Assembly (NCBI RefSeq): GCF_018977255.1
Contig: NW_024704742.1
Location: forward strand, 7,628,001-7,692,000
DNA: 64,000 bases
Direction of reading: 5' to 3'
Source: Callorhinchus milii
Taxonomy: Eukaryota
Numbering within the stretch: position 1 is the first letter of the stretch; each line of letters begins with the position of its first letter. The notes under the pieces were generated by a model. The model saw only the letters and a list, made by a program, of their open reading frames with translations. It had not been told where the DNA came from and ran no database searches. This document shows, piece by piece, positions 48,151-62,321 of this stretch. The position numbers and the translations under genes are program-made.

Positions 48151-50811
48151 CATTTATTATGCTGTCCTAGAAAATGGAATTCTTTCCCATTTCATGCACT
48201 CAAAGAGACTCTCAGACAAACTGTAACAAAGACAGAGAAAAGCTTATTTTCTCTGGACCAATATCTTGCGTCAATTCCAACCTCAAAAAAACACCCTTAA
48301 CCACAGCACCTGACAGTTTGCATTTCCTACACCAGCCATCCTGTGCCCCCCTCCCACCACCCTCCAAGTGACAATGCTAATACACTGCCAATTAATGGAG
48401 ATTTTGCTTTGTAAATGCACACACACTAACCCCTGGGATAAGTCTGCCTAACCTTATTTCAAACAAGTCCCTAAAGCTACCAATGAGACAGAGCAGACTT
48501 CCCTGCCTGTCAATCCTGGCTGGATTCAAACACGGATTCCAGAAGTGAAGTCAGTGTGGGCTAATCCACTGGATCAACTAGTCTCCCATCCCATCCAAAT
48601 CTTAACAGCCCCATCACCCACTGAGGTATTAATCCCATTACTGGTCTGCAAGAGTGCACTTGTACTGTATTTTAATTTCACATTGCACAACACTTAGCCA
48701 AACTTTGTGTTGCGAGCGATGCAGTGCATGTAATCGCTGAAGTAGTTCTCAGAGAGTTCAGCAAAGCAGTAGCTGGCCATTAATCTGCTAATATCCAGTT
48801 CAGAACAATGCATATTGATGGAAGTGAATAGGGTGTAAATGAAGCGATGTTACAGGAACATATATATATATTATATATATAACGCACGCCTCTTGCACAT
48901 CAGGTTAACAGGCATGTGGTAGTTATCACAAATTCTAATGTGTCTGAAATGTCATGAATTTTAATAAGTTAATTAGAGCAGAATGAGAAGGTGCAGTTTA
49001 ATAGAGGGTTAAGCCACTATAGAACAAATGTACACTGATATGTATTCTCCTACCTGCACAGGTTTCAAATTGACTGTACAACTGCCTGACAGATTCTGTC
49101 ACATGCCAGGAGAAATATAAAGTCCACTGATCATGATGCCGTTGTCAAATTAAAATCCAATATATTGAATGAGAGACCAGTTATTCCAATGACAAGTGTG
49201 ACAATTGGTTTATGTGCAAGTTCTTGCAGGCATAGAATGTAGCTCCAAGGGTTATATTACTCAGAAATAAACAGTGCACGCTGACCCATCCATCTATTAT
49301 GTGAACAGTAGCTGTATATAGGGATGATTCATTTAATGAATTGGAAATAGTGCCTTATTTGGCCTGAGTCAACAAAACAAAATTATTATTTTTAAAATTC
49401 GATGATGCCACAGGTTCCTTCAGAACCGAGCTTCAATCCAGCCCGAACTATCTGGATTAAATAAAAGTTCACATTCTGCCACCTTTAAAGGTGTTATTTG
49501 CAGTGAGTGCGGCCTATCTGAATACAAAGTTCCTCCTCAGCACATGCCACTTAAAAGACTGCCACAAATTGGTACAAATCTTTGGGACGATCTCTCAACG
49601 TGAAAGGCACTATATCAATCACAATTATTAATATTATTATTATTAAATCTGGCAATATCACTTTGAGAGACAACTTGCCCAACTGGTAATGGAAAAGGAG
49701 GATCAACTACCCAGTGCCCAACCCCAAAGGAAGACCTTCACAAGGTTTCTGTGTTTGTAGTTTTATCTTCTGTTCAATCGAGACATCTCAATTACGTCTT
49801 TCCCGTACCACTAGGATCATATCTAGGTTGTATCCTCCACAGAGGAGGAAGGGCTGTCAGTTTCTAATGTTTGATCTGCCAATAAATTAAACTCCACTCT
49901 CGAAATGTGTGACAGGAAAGGGGAAAAAAAAAGGATAAAAATTACTAGTGGAGATCGATGGAATACAAAATGTAATTTGGGAGGAAGACGGAATGCACAA
50001 CTCAAGTCATAATTATTGGCTCCAAGCGAAGTGACAAGTACTGATGGACCACAGCCTGGATATTGATAACTAAAATCCTTGCATTTAATACATCTGATCA
50101 CATCAAAACGTCTCAATTCACAGAGTTTTCTGTGAAGTGTAGTAACTTGTCTATTTGTAGGCAAACGTATTGTATTGATGATGACCCACCAGCTTTCACC
50201 AATATTGACATGATGCCAATGGAGGTCATTTGGATTGCCGCTGGTAACACAGGAGATGCTGAACAGAGTTAAACACAGATAGCTATCTGTCAGAAAGGTC
50301 AGTGATAGCTAATGCCCTATACTCAAGGGAGTCTTTCAAGAGCATCCTATGTTGGTAGCTCGCTCTTGTGTTTGTGAGAGACTTAACCAAGGCATTGATT
50401 TATCAGTCAAAGCTAACATTTCCCATTGTTGATTTCCATCAAGGGTTCCCATGTGTAATGTAATCGTGTTTCTTTCCACTCTTAAGTCACTGTTTCTTCA
50501 TCTCTCACACAGCTCTAACCAACAGTTACCACCATTACTTTGACTCCACATTTATTGCTTCATATATTGACATCCTCGGTACATTATCTTCCCTGATCCT
50601 AAAAGGATCACTGACCTCTCAGCCAATGCTGTAGGTACCTCATGAAAACTTGGTTTCTTGTTTTGTCTCAAAAATATTTTTCCCTCTTAATGTCTCTCAA
50701 CTTCCGAGGGCAGAATACAAGAAAAGATGTCTGGTCCAATAGGCGATCCTATTCTCACCTCTAGTTTCCAACATCTCTCATTCTTTCCATCAAATCATTT
50801 TTATTGACACT

Positions 50812-51440
50812 AATAATAATAATTATCCTTACATTTGATATAGCGCCTTATCTCAATGTCTCAAAGTGCTTCACAGAATGTACTGTAAAGTGAATTGACT
50901 GTATATATTGTGGGCGAAATGCAGTAGCCAATTGCACACAGTAGTATCCCACAAACAGTCGTGGATTGAGTGACCAAATTATTATTAAAATTTTTTAAGG
51001 GTTTATTATAAAAGCGATCTGTCAATCGACTAACAATCGGGTTCCTACTTACAGCTAGGTAAACAGAGGCGTGTGGAGTAAGAAGGTGGGGGAAGGCAGA
51101 GCGGGTCAAGGCACGGATGTAGGGTAGAAAGGATAGTTGAGAGTCAAACAAGATGCCAAAGTTCCAGACTGGCTCAGTAAGGTGAAGCGTTCATCCTTGG
51201 ATGGTGATGCTGTCAGTGCCTGAGGTGTTGCCTTGGGACGTCCTCCCAACGTGAAAGGCACGATACAAATGTAATCTTGTTGTTGTTATTGTTGTTATTG
51301 TTGATGTTCAGCTGTAGAAAGTTAAGTTGATGTCTGACTTGATGTCTGACAGACATTCTGTCAGGACAGCAGTGGTCCTGGAATCCAGGGTGGAGGCAGA
51401 GAGATAGAGTTGGGTGTCATCCGCATACATGTGGAACACA
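50812..51440 (-). mobile_element. Headless SINE A (50812-51081) adjoining an L2 RT fragment, itself interrupted by a plus-strand L2 tail (~51228-51305)
   Basis: Minus strand near 51390-51436 encodes FHMYADDTQLYLS (L2 RT active site). Confidence 0.78.
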
Positions 51441-52224
51441 CCCCTCTAACCTACTTCTGGAGAGTATTAGGCGTTGGTTGATGAAAGCCACGACTTGGGA
51501 GCCCCAGATTGCCTCGGAGTATTGCTGTAGTTTAATAATGATAATCATCATTATTATTATTATTGCTGCTGTAGTTTAAGCAGCTAATAACTTGTCATTG
51601 TGAGCACTGTTCGGCAAGCTTTTCATTGATGGTCCCATTAAGACTGCTCTAATAATAATCCTTACATTTTATATAGCGTCTTTCATGCGGGAGGATACCT
51701 TAAGGAGTTTCACAGGATTTACTATCAAATGGAATGACCCATTAGGGGTTTGTATTGCAGGATTAATAGGAACTGAATGGGAAGAATCTCTGCCTCTACA
51801 AGTCTCCTGCCAACAAACCAGGCTGTGTGGTCTGTCACCAGCAGTGCCTTGGAGCACTGTGGACACGCCTGGTTTACCAGATTTACACAGTACAAACTGC
51901 TTAATCCAGGTTCTTATGTGAGGAGCTTTGGAAAGTTTCAACAAATGATTAGGGTTTTAATGAGCAACAAATGATTCAGCCTTAAGGCCATCATCTGAGG
52001 GTGATTAAACTGCCGTATAAAACTCAAGGTATTTTCTGTCCAAGGTGTTCTAACGTTTTGCTCCAAACCTATCAAAAGCAGTGGGCTTTAATGAACTAAT
52101 AGCATCAAATCAGAGTGAAAATGGGAGATTAAGATCACAGAATCTTAAAAATTTACAGCACAAAAGGTCACCATTCATCACATTGAGTCTGCACCACATG
52201 AAATGCTAATTATTTCACCGATAC

Positions 52225-52705
52225 AATATACAGTCAATTCAGTTTACAGCGCTTTGAGATATTTCAATGATGTGATAAGAGGCTATATCAGATGCAGGCT
52301 TATTATTACTAGTATGGTTATTATCATTTAATAATAAATTGGTCATTTTCAATCCATGATTGTTTGTGGGACACTGCTGTGCGCAATTGGCTGCCGCAGT
52401 TTGCCCACAAATATACGGTCAATTCACTTTACAGCATATTCTGTGAAGCGCTTTGGGACGTCAAGAAGACGTGAAAAGCGCTATATCAAATGCAAGGATT
52501 ATTATTATTATTATTACATTAAATATGTATCTTTTTGTAGTACCTTACAAAAGCAACTTTCTAAAACATTGTGGAGATGAACACTCACCAGTAGTCATAA
52601 TAATAATAATCCTTGCATTTGATATAGCGCCTTATCACATCTTCAAGACTATATGAATGTGAATTGACTGTATATTTTGTGGGCGAAATGCGGCAGCCAA
52701 TTGCC
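52225..52705. mobile_element. SINE tail cluster: two plus copies (~52225-52310, ~52328-52517) and one minus copy (~52598-52705)
   Basis: Tail consensus in both orientations. Confidence 0.85.
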
Positions 52706-53689
52706 AAAGTATTATTAATATCTGCTTCAATTTTACTCAATTTGGGGTTGGGGGGATGGAGTAGGTGGGGGATGCTCATGATAGGATAGATATTGCGTGG
52801 CTGTGGAAAGCGAGGGGTAGATGGCCAAATGACCTTTTCTCATCCTTGCTTTATAAAGTTCTAACATGTATTATCTGCTTTGGCAGAGCATTCCTGGCCC
52901 TGTGTGGTGCTCATCTGCTTTTATAGAACGAGTATCAAAAAATAAGGGTTGTTGTAACAAACAATATTTACGGCATCATGGAGCGAGACCTTCTGTGACC
53001 CCAGGCAACATAATCCTATAAATGATATTTGCTGGAAACCATATGCTCTAGCTACAATCCCTCTGTCCTTTCCAACTGAGGCAATTGAGTTAACATGGAT
53101 TAAACAACAGCTACAACAGCTTGCATTTATATAACAGCTGTCATGCAGGATATCTCGAAATTAGGTAAATAATTTAAAAGTCCGTTATGATCAAGATCAA
53201 CTAGAGTCTCTTGCCATGTTTTGTGATCTGAAGTTATATATAGATAAATAAAACGATGTGTACAACAACAGCTTGCATTTACATAGTGCCCTTCATGTGG
53301 TAGCATCTCAGAGCGCTTATGTAGAGAAAGGCAAACCCACACCCACACTAAGAGGTGAGTAAAACATATTTGCAGACAGAGCATCTGTCTCCTTGCCAAA
53401 AAGAGTGAAGATTCTGCTGAGTTTAAGGAGCGGGCTTCTCCTGGTTGTTTCAGAAATTCAACCTGGTGCCGAAAAGCCATTCAAAACGTGTAGATTAAGT
53501 ATTTTGCTACCGATAGAGAAATAATTGGTGTTTACCACCGAAAATTCCCGTACTACATCTGAAAGTTTAGCGCTTAAAGCAAGGAACAAAAGTGAACATT
53601 CTGGGTTGCTTTAGACCATTTTCGTTGCTGTTACTAAAATCTTGAGTTGTGTTGCGTTTTATATCTACCCAGCCGCTCTGATCACTCAG

Positions 53690-54180
53690 TGGCCACTGGC
53701 CTGCTTCATGTCGGCCAGACATTCAGCCTTTTTGCCCCACCCTCTGGAACTCCATTCCAGAATCCCGTCTGCTTTGCCCCCTTCTTTGGCTCTTTCAAGG
53801 TCCTTCCTTTTTGACCGCGCCTTTGGTTCATCTTCCCATCCAGTCCCCAGCTCGGGTGGAAACTCTTCACTGTCCAGCGCCTTGGGATGTTCTCCCAACA
53901 CGAAAGCACTATGCAAATGCAATGTATGTGTTATTGGGCCCCCACCCTCCAGAAATCCATCCCAGAGACCCTTCAACTCATTCCCTCCTTCACCTCATTC
54001 AAGGTCAATCTCAAGACCGTCCTCTTTGATCGTGCCTTTGGTCATCTTTCCCCTTCCTGCCACACTTCTCTCTCAGGTCTCATCCCCAGCTCAGGTGACA
54101 AACGAGTATCATTAAATACCTTGGAATATCCTCCTGACATGCGAGGCACTAGATGAATGTAAATTGTATTGTTTTGTTGC
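53690..54180 (+). mobile_element. Two tandem L2 3' ends
   Basis: ccctctggaactccatt...tttgaccgcgcctttgg...tail, then again ...ctctttgatcgtgcctttggtcatc...tail. Confidence 0.75.
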
Positions 54181-56599
54181 ACTAACTCTGCCGCCTGCGT
54201 AGGGCAACAAGAATAATGCTGCTCCAATAGAGAATGAACAAGTCCTCCCATTGAATAGTTCTTAGTGAAGCAAATTCAGGTGTGGGAGCTCCTTTCATTT
54301 TGACTTTCCATTAACTCATTTCTACATTTCCCCCAAGGAAAAATTAAGCTGATTTCTTTATTACAAACAGATTTGCTATACAAGTGCCAGCCATAAACAT
54401 ATTTTCTAATCTAGCCTTGAGCCATTTTCAAGGCAGCTGTTTCAAGCATTCTCTGAGTGGCTCAGATTTAGAACTGTCAAAATGTGATTTATGAAGGAGT
54501 TTTTTTTTACCTTGGAACTATTAGGTATACAATTACTTACACTGTACAACACACTTGTCTCTTCCCTTTCTTTCTCCAAAAAAGATTCAATAACAGTCAA
54601 TGTCAAGTGCATCTTTTGTACGTTCAAGAAATGGGTCGCATATTTTAACCAACCGCTACAAGTTCAGTGTTTTTTTTTAAAAACTTTATTTTTGATCTGC
54701 GTGAAAGTTTATAAAATGTATTGCATAAATCTTCTTGAAAGTTTAATGAGGATGAGACCTGAGCAAATTACTTTTCTGTAGCTACTGGACTCTGCTGCAC
54801 TATTACTTTCTGGGGGTGTAGCACTCACCAAAGGATGAAAGACACCAACATTAACCTGGAACAAGCTTCCTTGGTTAGAAGCCTAAGAATTAAAAATATA
54901 CACTGAAGGTGAAGTGATAGAGGAATCACAGGTAGCAAAATTACCATCCCTCCCCCACCTCCTTAGGAAACAAACTACTGCAGCTATCTCTGGGTATAAA
55001 ACTGCATTCTGATATATGAAAACGGAATCTAGAGAGAGAATGAAATACACCCACATTACAATTCTGCCTCAGGAGTGTCAGGAACTCTACAAGAAAGAAA
55101 TGAAAGAAAAGAAAATCACATACAGTTCTCCTTTATCCAGCTTTCACTATTTTTAAATCTACCAGTCCTTTACCCCAAACTACTTCATTTTATATCCATT
55201 CTTGCATCCCCTCATTTTAGGTGCACATACGCCATGTGCCATTATTATCCCAGAGGAGACTGTCAATTTCTGCTACTGTACTGTATTACTGCCTTCTAGG
55301 TAAGACCTAGATTGACTTCATCTTAACATCTCCACTCCCCCTTACATGCCAGGAAATTGCTTGTTACTTTCTAAATAGCACGGCAGAGATTATGAACTCC
55401 CCTTTTTGGGAACAGAAGGCTTCTTTGGAGGAACCAATAGATAGGTACAGTGAGCATAAAGGCAGCTGCTGGCAACACATTTGATAAAATCTTCAGTCAA
55501 ATTTTCCGTGTCATTTCAGACAAGACACTGTGTTTTTTTTCTTCTTTTGCTGTTGATAGTCTACTCTTTGTTCACAAAATCTGTCCAAGTTTTCACAAAA
55601 ATGGCACCTCTCAGAGGTATTCCGGCTTGCTAGTATAAGGTCATTCTTAACATTTGTACGGTGCTGAGACTAAAATTATCCATCAAGCAATCATCCAGGT
55701 GTTTGTACTACAGAGCTCAGTTGATTGTTGGGATCTCATAAAATGCCAATTTGTCAACATAACCCATTAACAATGTGTTCAGTGCTTGCAGTTGTTTTAA
55801 TACTATTTTCTCTAGTAAATGGCATTTAACTTTCATCTCACACAGTATGCTCGGTAATTCACCTTGTGGGGATTGGTATTTTTTTCCCCATCTGTTCAAA
55901 ATTGGGGCATCTTATCATCCCTAACTGGTTTTCCTACTGTCAGTCTGTCGAGACAGGTGTTTCCAAGATATCCAGTGGATTGGAATACCAGCCAGGAAAA
56001 TGATTGGCTTCCAGGATAGTTTATTTATAAACAAATGGATGGAGAGAGGGAAAGGGAAAAGCAATCTACGGATGTAGTGACTGCATTAACATTCCAGCAA
56101 TCTTTCAATTTCATAACCGTTCCGAAAAATCAAAATGCATTAACCGGTGATCTCTCTGTGTGATGCATGAGTTACAGCTACGGATGTATTTGTATCAATA
56201 TTTCAGCCAAACTGTCAATTTCACGACAGCATCAGAATTCCACAATTCATCATCCAGTGATGTATGAAGAATATAAAAGGGTTTGAGGAAAGAACAAGAA
56301 ATTGGAATCATAAGATATAGGTGTATAGTGGATAGGATAGCACTAACAGACCTCAGTGAAATCATTAGCATCTTGTTTTTAAGCAACACAGCATGATCAC
56401 TGTAGCTCGATTGTACAATGTACCAATCATGAAATTGCTGGGTGCAATGACCATTCAGCATATGTTTGGTTTTGCTTTCAGCTCAGTCATCAGAGGAGCT
56501 ACCAAATAAAAGGGAAGCTACTGAATAAAGATGCACTCGTGTACAGGTCTTCATGAACAGGAGGAAGGGAGAGCCAGAGGCAAGTCTATCTGGATTGGA

Positions 56600-57303
56600 C
56601 TTACTAAGGCAGAAGTTCAGAGATCCAGGGGTTTTAGTTAACTTAGCGCTAATACTGTCAAATTAACTAAGTGAAGATCCCCAGACTCAGGCTCAGTGGT
56701 CTGGTCAGACCACACCTTGAATACTGCATTCAATTCTGGTCAACGCATCACAGGTGCAGCGTTGAGGTGATTAACAAGGATGATCCCCAGTGTTAGAGGA
56801 ATGAGCTATGAGCAATGATAAGACAAGCCAGGGCTCCAGTTCTGAAAGGAAACATCTCAGAGGTGATAATACAGAGGTGTCATTTTTTTTAAATGAGACT
56901 GTAAAGGGCAATTCAGAGCAGTACTTTCAGCTGCACCAAGACAATAGAAGAGAACATAAGATTAGTCTTGCAAAGGGTAATTACAGGGCAGATACCAGGA
57001 AGTATTTCTTTTCTGTGGACCAGATTACCAGGAAAGTGGTTGAGGCCATGACACTGGCATCAATGGCATTTAACAAAAGCGTGATGCCATGATAGGAAGA
57101 CGTTAGCCTGGATATTCTGAAAGGGTGAGATCAAATAGGCCGGAGGGCCTTCTTAAACTAAACCAATGTTGGGATCTCATGGTGTTTCTGTACATCACCC
57201 ATAAAATATACAGCCAATTCACTTTACAGTATATTCTGTGAAGCGCTTTGAGAAGTCTCGAAGATGTGATAAGGTGCTATATCAAATGTAAGGATCATTA
57301 TTA
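56600..57303 (+). mobile_element. Old CR1 3' portion (~56600-57180) plus SINE tail (~57195-57303)
   Basis: LVRPHLEYCIQFW-like, HLRGD, KGNYRADTRKYFFS motifs. Confidence 0.75.
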
Positions 57304-58029
57304 TCTCTTAACTGCTGGTTTGACAGCAGCAGCCAGAGGTCTGGGAATAGGCTGTTTACCTCTCTTCTCTGGATTTGGGTTAGAGAGAGAGACAGAGAGG
57401 AAGATCATGAACATGAAAATCTAAAAGCAACATAGCCTGCTGATTTAACAGCTCCAATTAAATTCTGTTTGTTGTATTTTGATAGTAGAGTAACAGAAGT
57501 GGGAAATGCCATCAACAGGATCGCTTTGTTTTCCATGTAGAATGTTACATTACACTATCATTAATATTACATTATATACATCACCCACTGCACTAACAAA
57601 GCTGTACAAGAAAGTCTCTTTTACAATAAATGCCAACTGGTGAGAAGGGAATTAAATATTATTTTCTCTCCCTGGGAATCAAAGGCCTGGTCGGGCTTAT
57701 CTACTCAAAAATGTTACACATTTCTTAAGTAAGTGCTTGAGAGCTTTAAGTGCTCTGAGACGCTATCCACCTGAGGGAGCTAGATAAATGTATGTTGCTT
57801 GTTGGCCGGTGTTGTATTTTGTTGACAACCAGAAAAAGAAACTTACGTCAACTGAGGGATCCTATAATCATGAAATATGATGTCTGCAAAGAAGGTAAGA
57901 CAAAACTATGTAATCCAGTTATATTTCTTTTGAACAATAATGTCCCTTTGGAGAGGACTATTCACGTTTTATACGTCAGCTCAAAGCACTTGGATGCTGG
58001 GCTAAAACAGTACCGGCCCCACCAGTCTC

Positions 58030-58520
58030 TGTGACCCCATCACGCCCACCCTCGCCCGGCTCCACTGGCTCCCCATCCCTCAGAGGATCGAGTTTAAAAT
58101 TTTCATCCTCACCTTCAAGGTCCTCCATAGCCTTGCCCCCTCCTACCTCTCTGACCTGTTAATCCCTTATCAACCTGTCCGCTCCCTCCGTTCAGCAGGA
58201 ACCGGCCTGCTCCATGTCCCCCGCCTGGCCCTCCTCATCATCGGCGGTCGGGCCTTCAGCCTCTCTGCCCCCACCCTCTGGAACTCCATCCCACAATCTC
58301 TTCACCTCGTTCCCTCCCTTGCCTCCTTCAAGGCACACTTCAAGACCCTTCTCTTCGACCATGCCTTCGGCCACCCTCCCATCCTTTCTGCCCTCCACCC
58401 TGTCTGATCCCAACACCCACTCCACCCCCCCACTCAAGTCCTAACTCCTGACTGCTCAGCGCCGTGGGACGTCCTCTCAACGTGAAAGGCGCTTTACAAA
58501 TGTAATTTTATACTGTGTTG
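58030..58520 (+). mobile_element. L2 LINE 3' end, well preserved
   Basis: Encodes PITPTLARLHWLPIPQRIEFKIFILTFKVLHSLAPSYLSDLL...GGRAFSLSAPTLWNSIP; tail gggacgtcctctcaacgtgaaaggcgctttacaaatg. Confidence 0.9.
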
Positions 58521-59584
58521 CTTTGTACTGTCAAATCAGTAGAGTGTAGATTGCCAGACATCATACATGTACAATCCTCTGGTCAAGCCTAGTTCCTACT
58601 CTTGGGAAGGATTCTTGGTCAGAACAAGGACAATTCTTGAAAATTATGTAGTTATATTTGGGTAGTTCCTTGAGTTAAATTCAACTGTTGCTCAAATGAG
58701 AAGTAAAAGGAATGTAAGCAAATAATAATTCTTGTGTTTGATGTAGTGCTTTATCACTTTGTTAAGACGTCTTCACGGAATATACTGCGAAGTGAATAAA
58801 ATGACTGTACGGAATGAATCAAAGAGCAATCTTGTTCACTGGCTTTTTTAATACTCCAAGAGCTGTGTAGATGTTACTATCGATACAGTAGACGTTTTAT
58901 TACACAGCTCTGAGCAGCCAGGATTATTCCATGTGCCAGTAAATTCAGTATACTTTGATGATACGTGTGGTTAATGGAGTTTCCTCATTGTAAGTGTGTC
59001 ATCAAAACCTCTCTAAAAACTCACCATAACCATCTGCAGATTCACTGTGCCACAAGCCCTTTAAAACCTTTTATTGCAAAGCATTTTGATTTAATGTTGC
59101 TTTTTCTTTCATTGATTTAGTTCAAAGGTTTCACTGTTTAAGCAAGCAGGTTCTGCAATTGATATTGGTTCAGAGGGCTTACAGTCACATCACTTTGGAG
59201 TATAAACTGTGAAGCGCTTTGAGACTTCTCAAAGACATGATAAGGTACTATGAAACAGAATTGATCTTTTTTACAGGGGCCTGTGCCTGAGTGTTATTTA
59301 CTTTTTATGGGAATGTACAGGTTCATTACAGCACTAGAAAGTTCCCAGCAGATCATCAATTGAGTCAATCGCTGTGGCACAGATAGGTCTGAGCAGCTGA
59401 AGAACTATCCCTGGCTGTTACTGTAGTGGTTTGACCAGTAATTAACACCACCATAGATGTAAAATGAGCACTGTGGTCTCCGTAACAACTTGGACTTCAT
59501 TAAATTGACCTGTCAGAGGAATATATGAACAGGAAAAAGGGTGATGTGCCAGAGAAGGAGGCGAGGCAAGACTTGGTCACACCC

Positions 59585-60206
59585 CAAGAAAGATAATTAT
59601 TTGGGAAAGGATAAGTTTGCAGGGTTAAGGGGAGAGAGCGAGGGGGGAGTGGGATAGATTTTGATAGTTCTTTTCAAAGAGCTGGCACAGAAATGATGGG
59701 CGAATGACCTCCTTCTTTGCTATATAATTCTATGATTGTATGACAGGATCTACAGATCTTGACTTAATTACATGAAGATATCAGAAAAACAGCATATGGG
59801 ACACCAAAGGAAAAAAAAGTTGTGTCAGCTGAATAAATCTAATTTTGAGTAGTCTTCAGATCAGGATTCCAACTACTCTGCTTGTAGTCTGCTGCTCCAT
59901 GTCCCCCGCCCGGCCCGCCCCACCATCGGTGGTCAGGCCTTCAGCCTCTCTGCCCCCTTGTGCAAGATTCCTTACTCCACACGCCCCTGTAAGTAGGAAC
60001 CAGGTTGTTAGTCGATTGGTGGATCGCTTTTCCGGGGGTAATAATTCTTTCAAAAAATAATAATAAATTGGCCTCTTCAGTCCACGACTGTTTGTAGGAC
60101 GCCGCTGTGCACAATTGGCTGCCTCCCACAAAATATACAGTCAATTCACTTTACTGCAAATCTGTAAAGCACTTTGAGATATCAAATGCAAGGATTATTA
60201 TTATTA
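59585..60206 (+). mobile_element. CR1 tail (~59585-59740), L2 fragment (~59890-59956) fused to headless SINE A (~59956-60206)
   Basis: Each part matches other copies in the window. Confidence 0.75.
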
Positions 60207-60620
60207 GCTAATCCCTAATTGGTAAAAAGTGAATATAAGTTCCATCATCAAACACATCTTTAATATTTTAAAATTAATGGGTTGGTGCTGGATCAATTTG
60301 GGGGAAGGAAAGAATCATTGTAAAATGCAGAAAGTAGGTCATTGCATTTTGTTTTGATGTGCACTGCATCTGCACAACCTAATCATCGTGAGAGGTGCCG
60401 TACACATGCTTCCAGAAAGAATGTGTTAATATCATCAGAAGAGGAGTGGGGCAACATCATCTCTTGTTAATAATGGCTTGTATCTCCACACATTCTCTCA
60501 ATTTATTCCTCGTTACAATAAATGTCAGTGGACAGGTCGTGCAAAGATGGTACAAGCCACAGAAGAGAAATTCCTTCAGCAAGATACCCGCGATGCTGGG
60601 TTTGCAATTGAGGGTTAGTC

Positions 60621-60944
60621 AATAATAATAATAATAATCCTTGCATTTGATATAGCGTTTTTCACGTCGGGAGGACGTCCCAAAGCGCTTCACAGAACAC
60701 ACTGTAAAGTGAATTGACTGTATATTTGTGGGCAAACGCGGCAGCCAATTGCGCACAGCAATGTCCCACAAACAGTCGTAGACTGAAAATGACCAATTTA
60801 TTATTGTTTTTGGTTTTGGAGGGATTATTATTAGGCTCTGTGTGGAGTAAGGAAACTTGCCCAAGGTTTCGCCCTCTGCCTGGAATTGAACTCAGGTCTC
60901 TCGCTTGCAAAGCGAGTGCTCTAACCACTGAGCTACAGGACTCC
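60621..60944 (-). mobile_element. SINE C subfamily, full length
   Basis: Near-identical to 20670-20997. Confidence 0.92.
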
Positions 60945-61074
60945 AAAAGTGCCATCGGTCATTCTTTGTATGACTGACTGTGGTCCCCAAAAGCCAGTTT
61001 TGCAATTGTTCATCAAGTTCAAAAACAGGGAACTCATGACTGATTCTGGATAATGAGTCCTGGGTTGACCTCCA

Positions 61075-61435
61075 CAAGAACATAAGAAACGCTAGATGAA
61101 AAAAAGACCAAGGTCCAGCTAGGTCGCCTTCCACCTTCCTGGCGGTCGCACGCACATATGTCCCGAACTCCCTATGTACTACATCCCATAATGTTATTTC
61201 CTAAAAGAAAACTATCTAATCTGTGTTTAAATGCATCAAAACTTCCTGCTTCAACCGTCTCCCTCGGGAGCCTGTTCCACAGGTTTACTGGTCGCTCACT
61301 GAAATAGTGTTTGCGTAGATTTGTTCTGAATGTACCCCTCTTCAATTTTAAGGCCGGGTCCTCTGGTTTTACTATTCTGGACTAGTTGAAACAGCCTGTC
61401 ATGATCTACATGTCTAGCCCCTTTAGAATCTTAAA
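61075..61435 (-). mobile_element. CR1 3' end of a distinct family, (TTCTTATG)-type tail
   Basis: aagaacataagaa tail; minus strand encodes TNLRKHYFSERPVNLWNRLPRETVEAGSFDAFKHRLD. Confidence 0.85.
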
Positions 61436-61664
61436 GAGATGTTTGCATTTGCTAGAGAATGACTTTCTTGGTTTCGCAAATCGCCCATAACCTGCTCATC
61501 ACTAGACCCACAACCAGGAAAGAGAAACAGGAAGAGGAATCCAATATTACAGCGTGCGAATTGCTATCTTACATAAATGTAAATTGTGTACATTTCCCAT
61601 GGCTGGTTGCGGATTTCATTTTGCACTCCACAAATGACCTATGTGTCTACAGGTTTACTGTTCG

Positions 61665-62198
61665 CCCTCCTCGCTGGCCTCCCCTCCACTACCATCCATA
61701 AAATCCAGATTATTTAAAACTCTGCCGCCCGCATTCTCACCCGCACCAAACTCCGTTCCCCGATCACTCCAGTCCTTGCCAGACTGACTGGCTGCCTGTC
61801 CCAGAGAGGATCAACTTCAAGATCCTCACCATTGGCTTCAAATCCCTCCACTCCTCTGCACCCCCCGACCTCTCTGACCTCCTTTCTCCTCAAAACAGTG
61901 CCCGTTGCTTTCGTTCCTCCGGGTCTGGCCTCCTTGTCCCCGAATCCTCCACTCCACCTTCAGCGGCCGTGCCTTCAGCCACTACTCCCCGAGGCTCTGG
62001 AACTCCCTTCCTCACTCCCTTCACCTTGTCCCCTCTCTTCCTACTTTCAGGTCTCTGCTGAAGACCTTTCTTTTCGATCGCGCCTTTGTTCACTTTCCTC
62101 CCCCTCCCCCTGGCTCGGCCCCGGGATCCGTTACTGTAAAGCGCTCTGAGACGCCGTCCGGCGTGGAGGGCGCTATATAAATCCAAGTTGTTGTTGTT
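61665..62198 (+). mobile_element. L2 LINE 3' end
   Basis: NSAARIL...ITPVLARL.WLPV...FSGRAFSHYSPRLWNSLP; (ttg)n tail. Confidence 0.88.
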
Positions 62199-62321
62199 TT
62201 GTGTATTTCATCGGAAATTATATCCATGAAAACATTCAAACACAGATGCAAACATTTTCCCCAAAACGTATTTGCTATTTAATAGAGCCACAAACGTTTG
62301 TATATTTCCATGTTCCAAAAA

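Noticed and set aside
56474..56496. Second hammerhead-like CTGATGA...GAAA on the minus strand
   Set aside because: The intervening 7 nt cannot form stem II and no stem I/III pairing is evident.
20654..61155. Recurring short ORFs (CAQLAAAF..., [12 protein letters not shown]) suggesting a peptide family
   Set aside because: All are translations of the same SINE and its (ATT)n tail.
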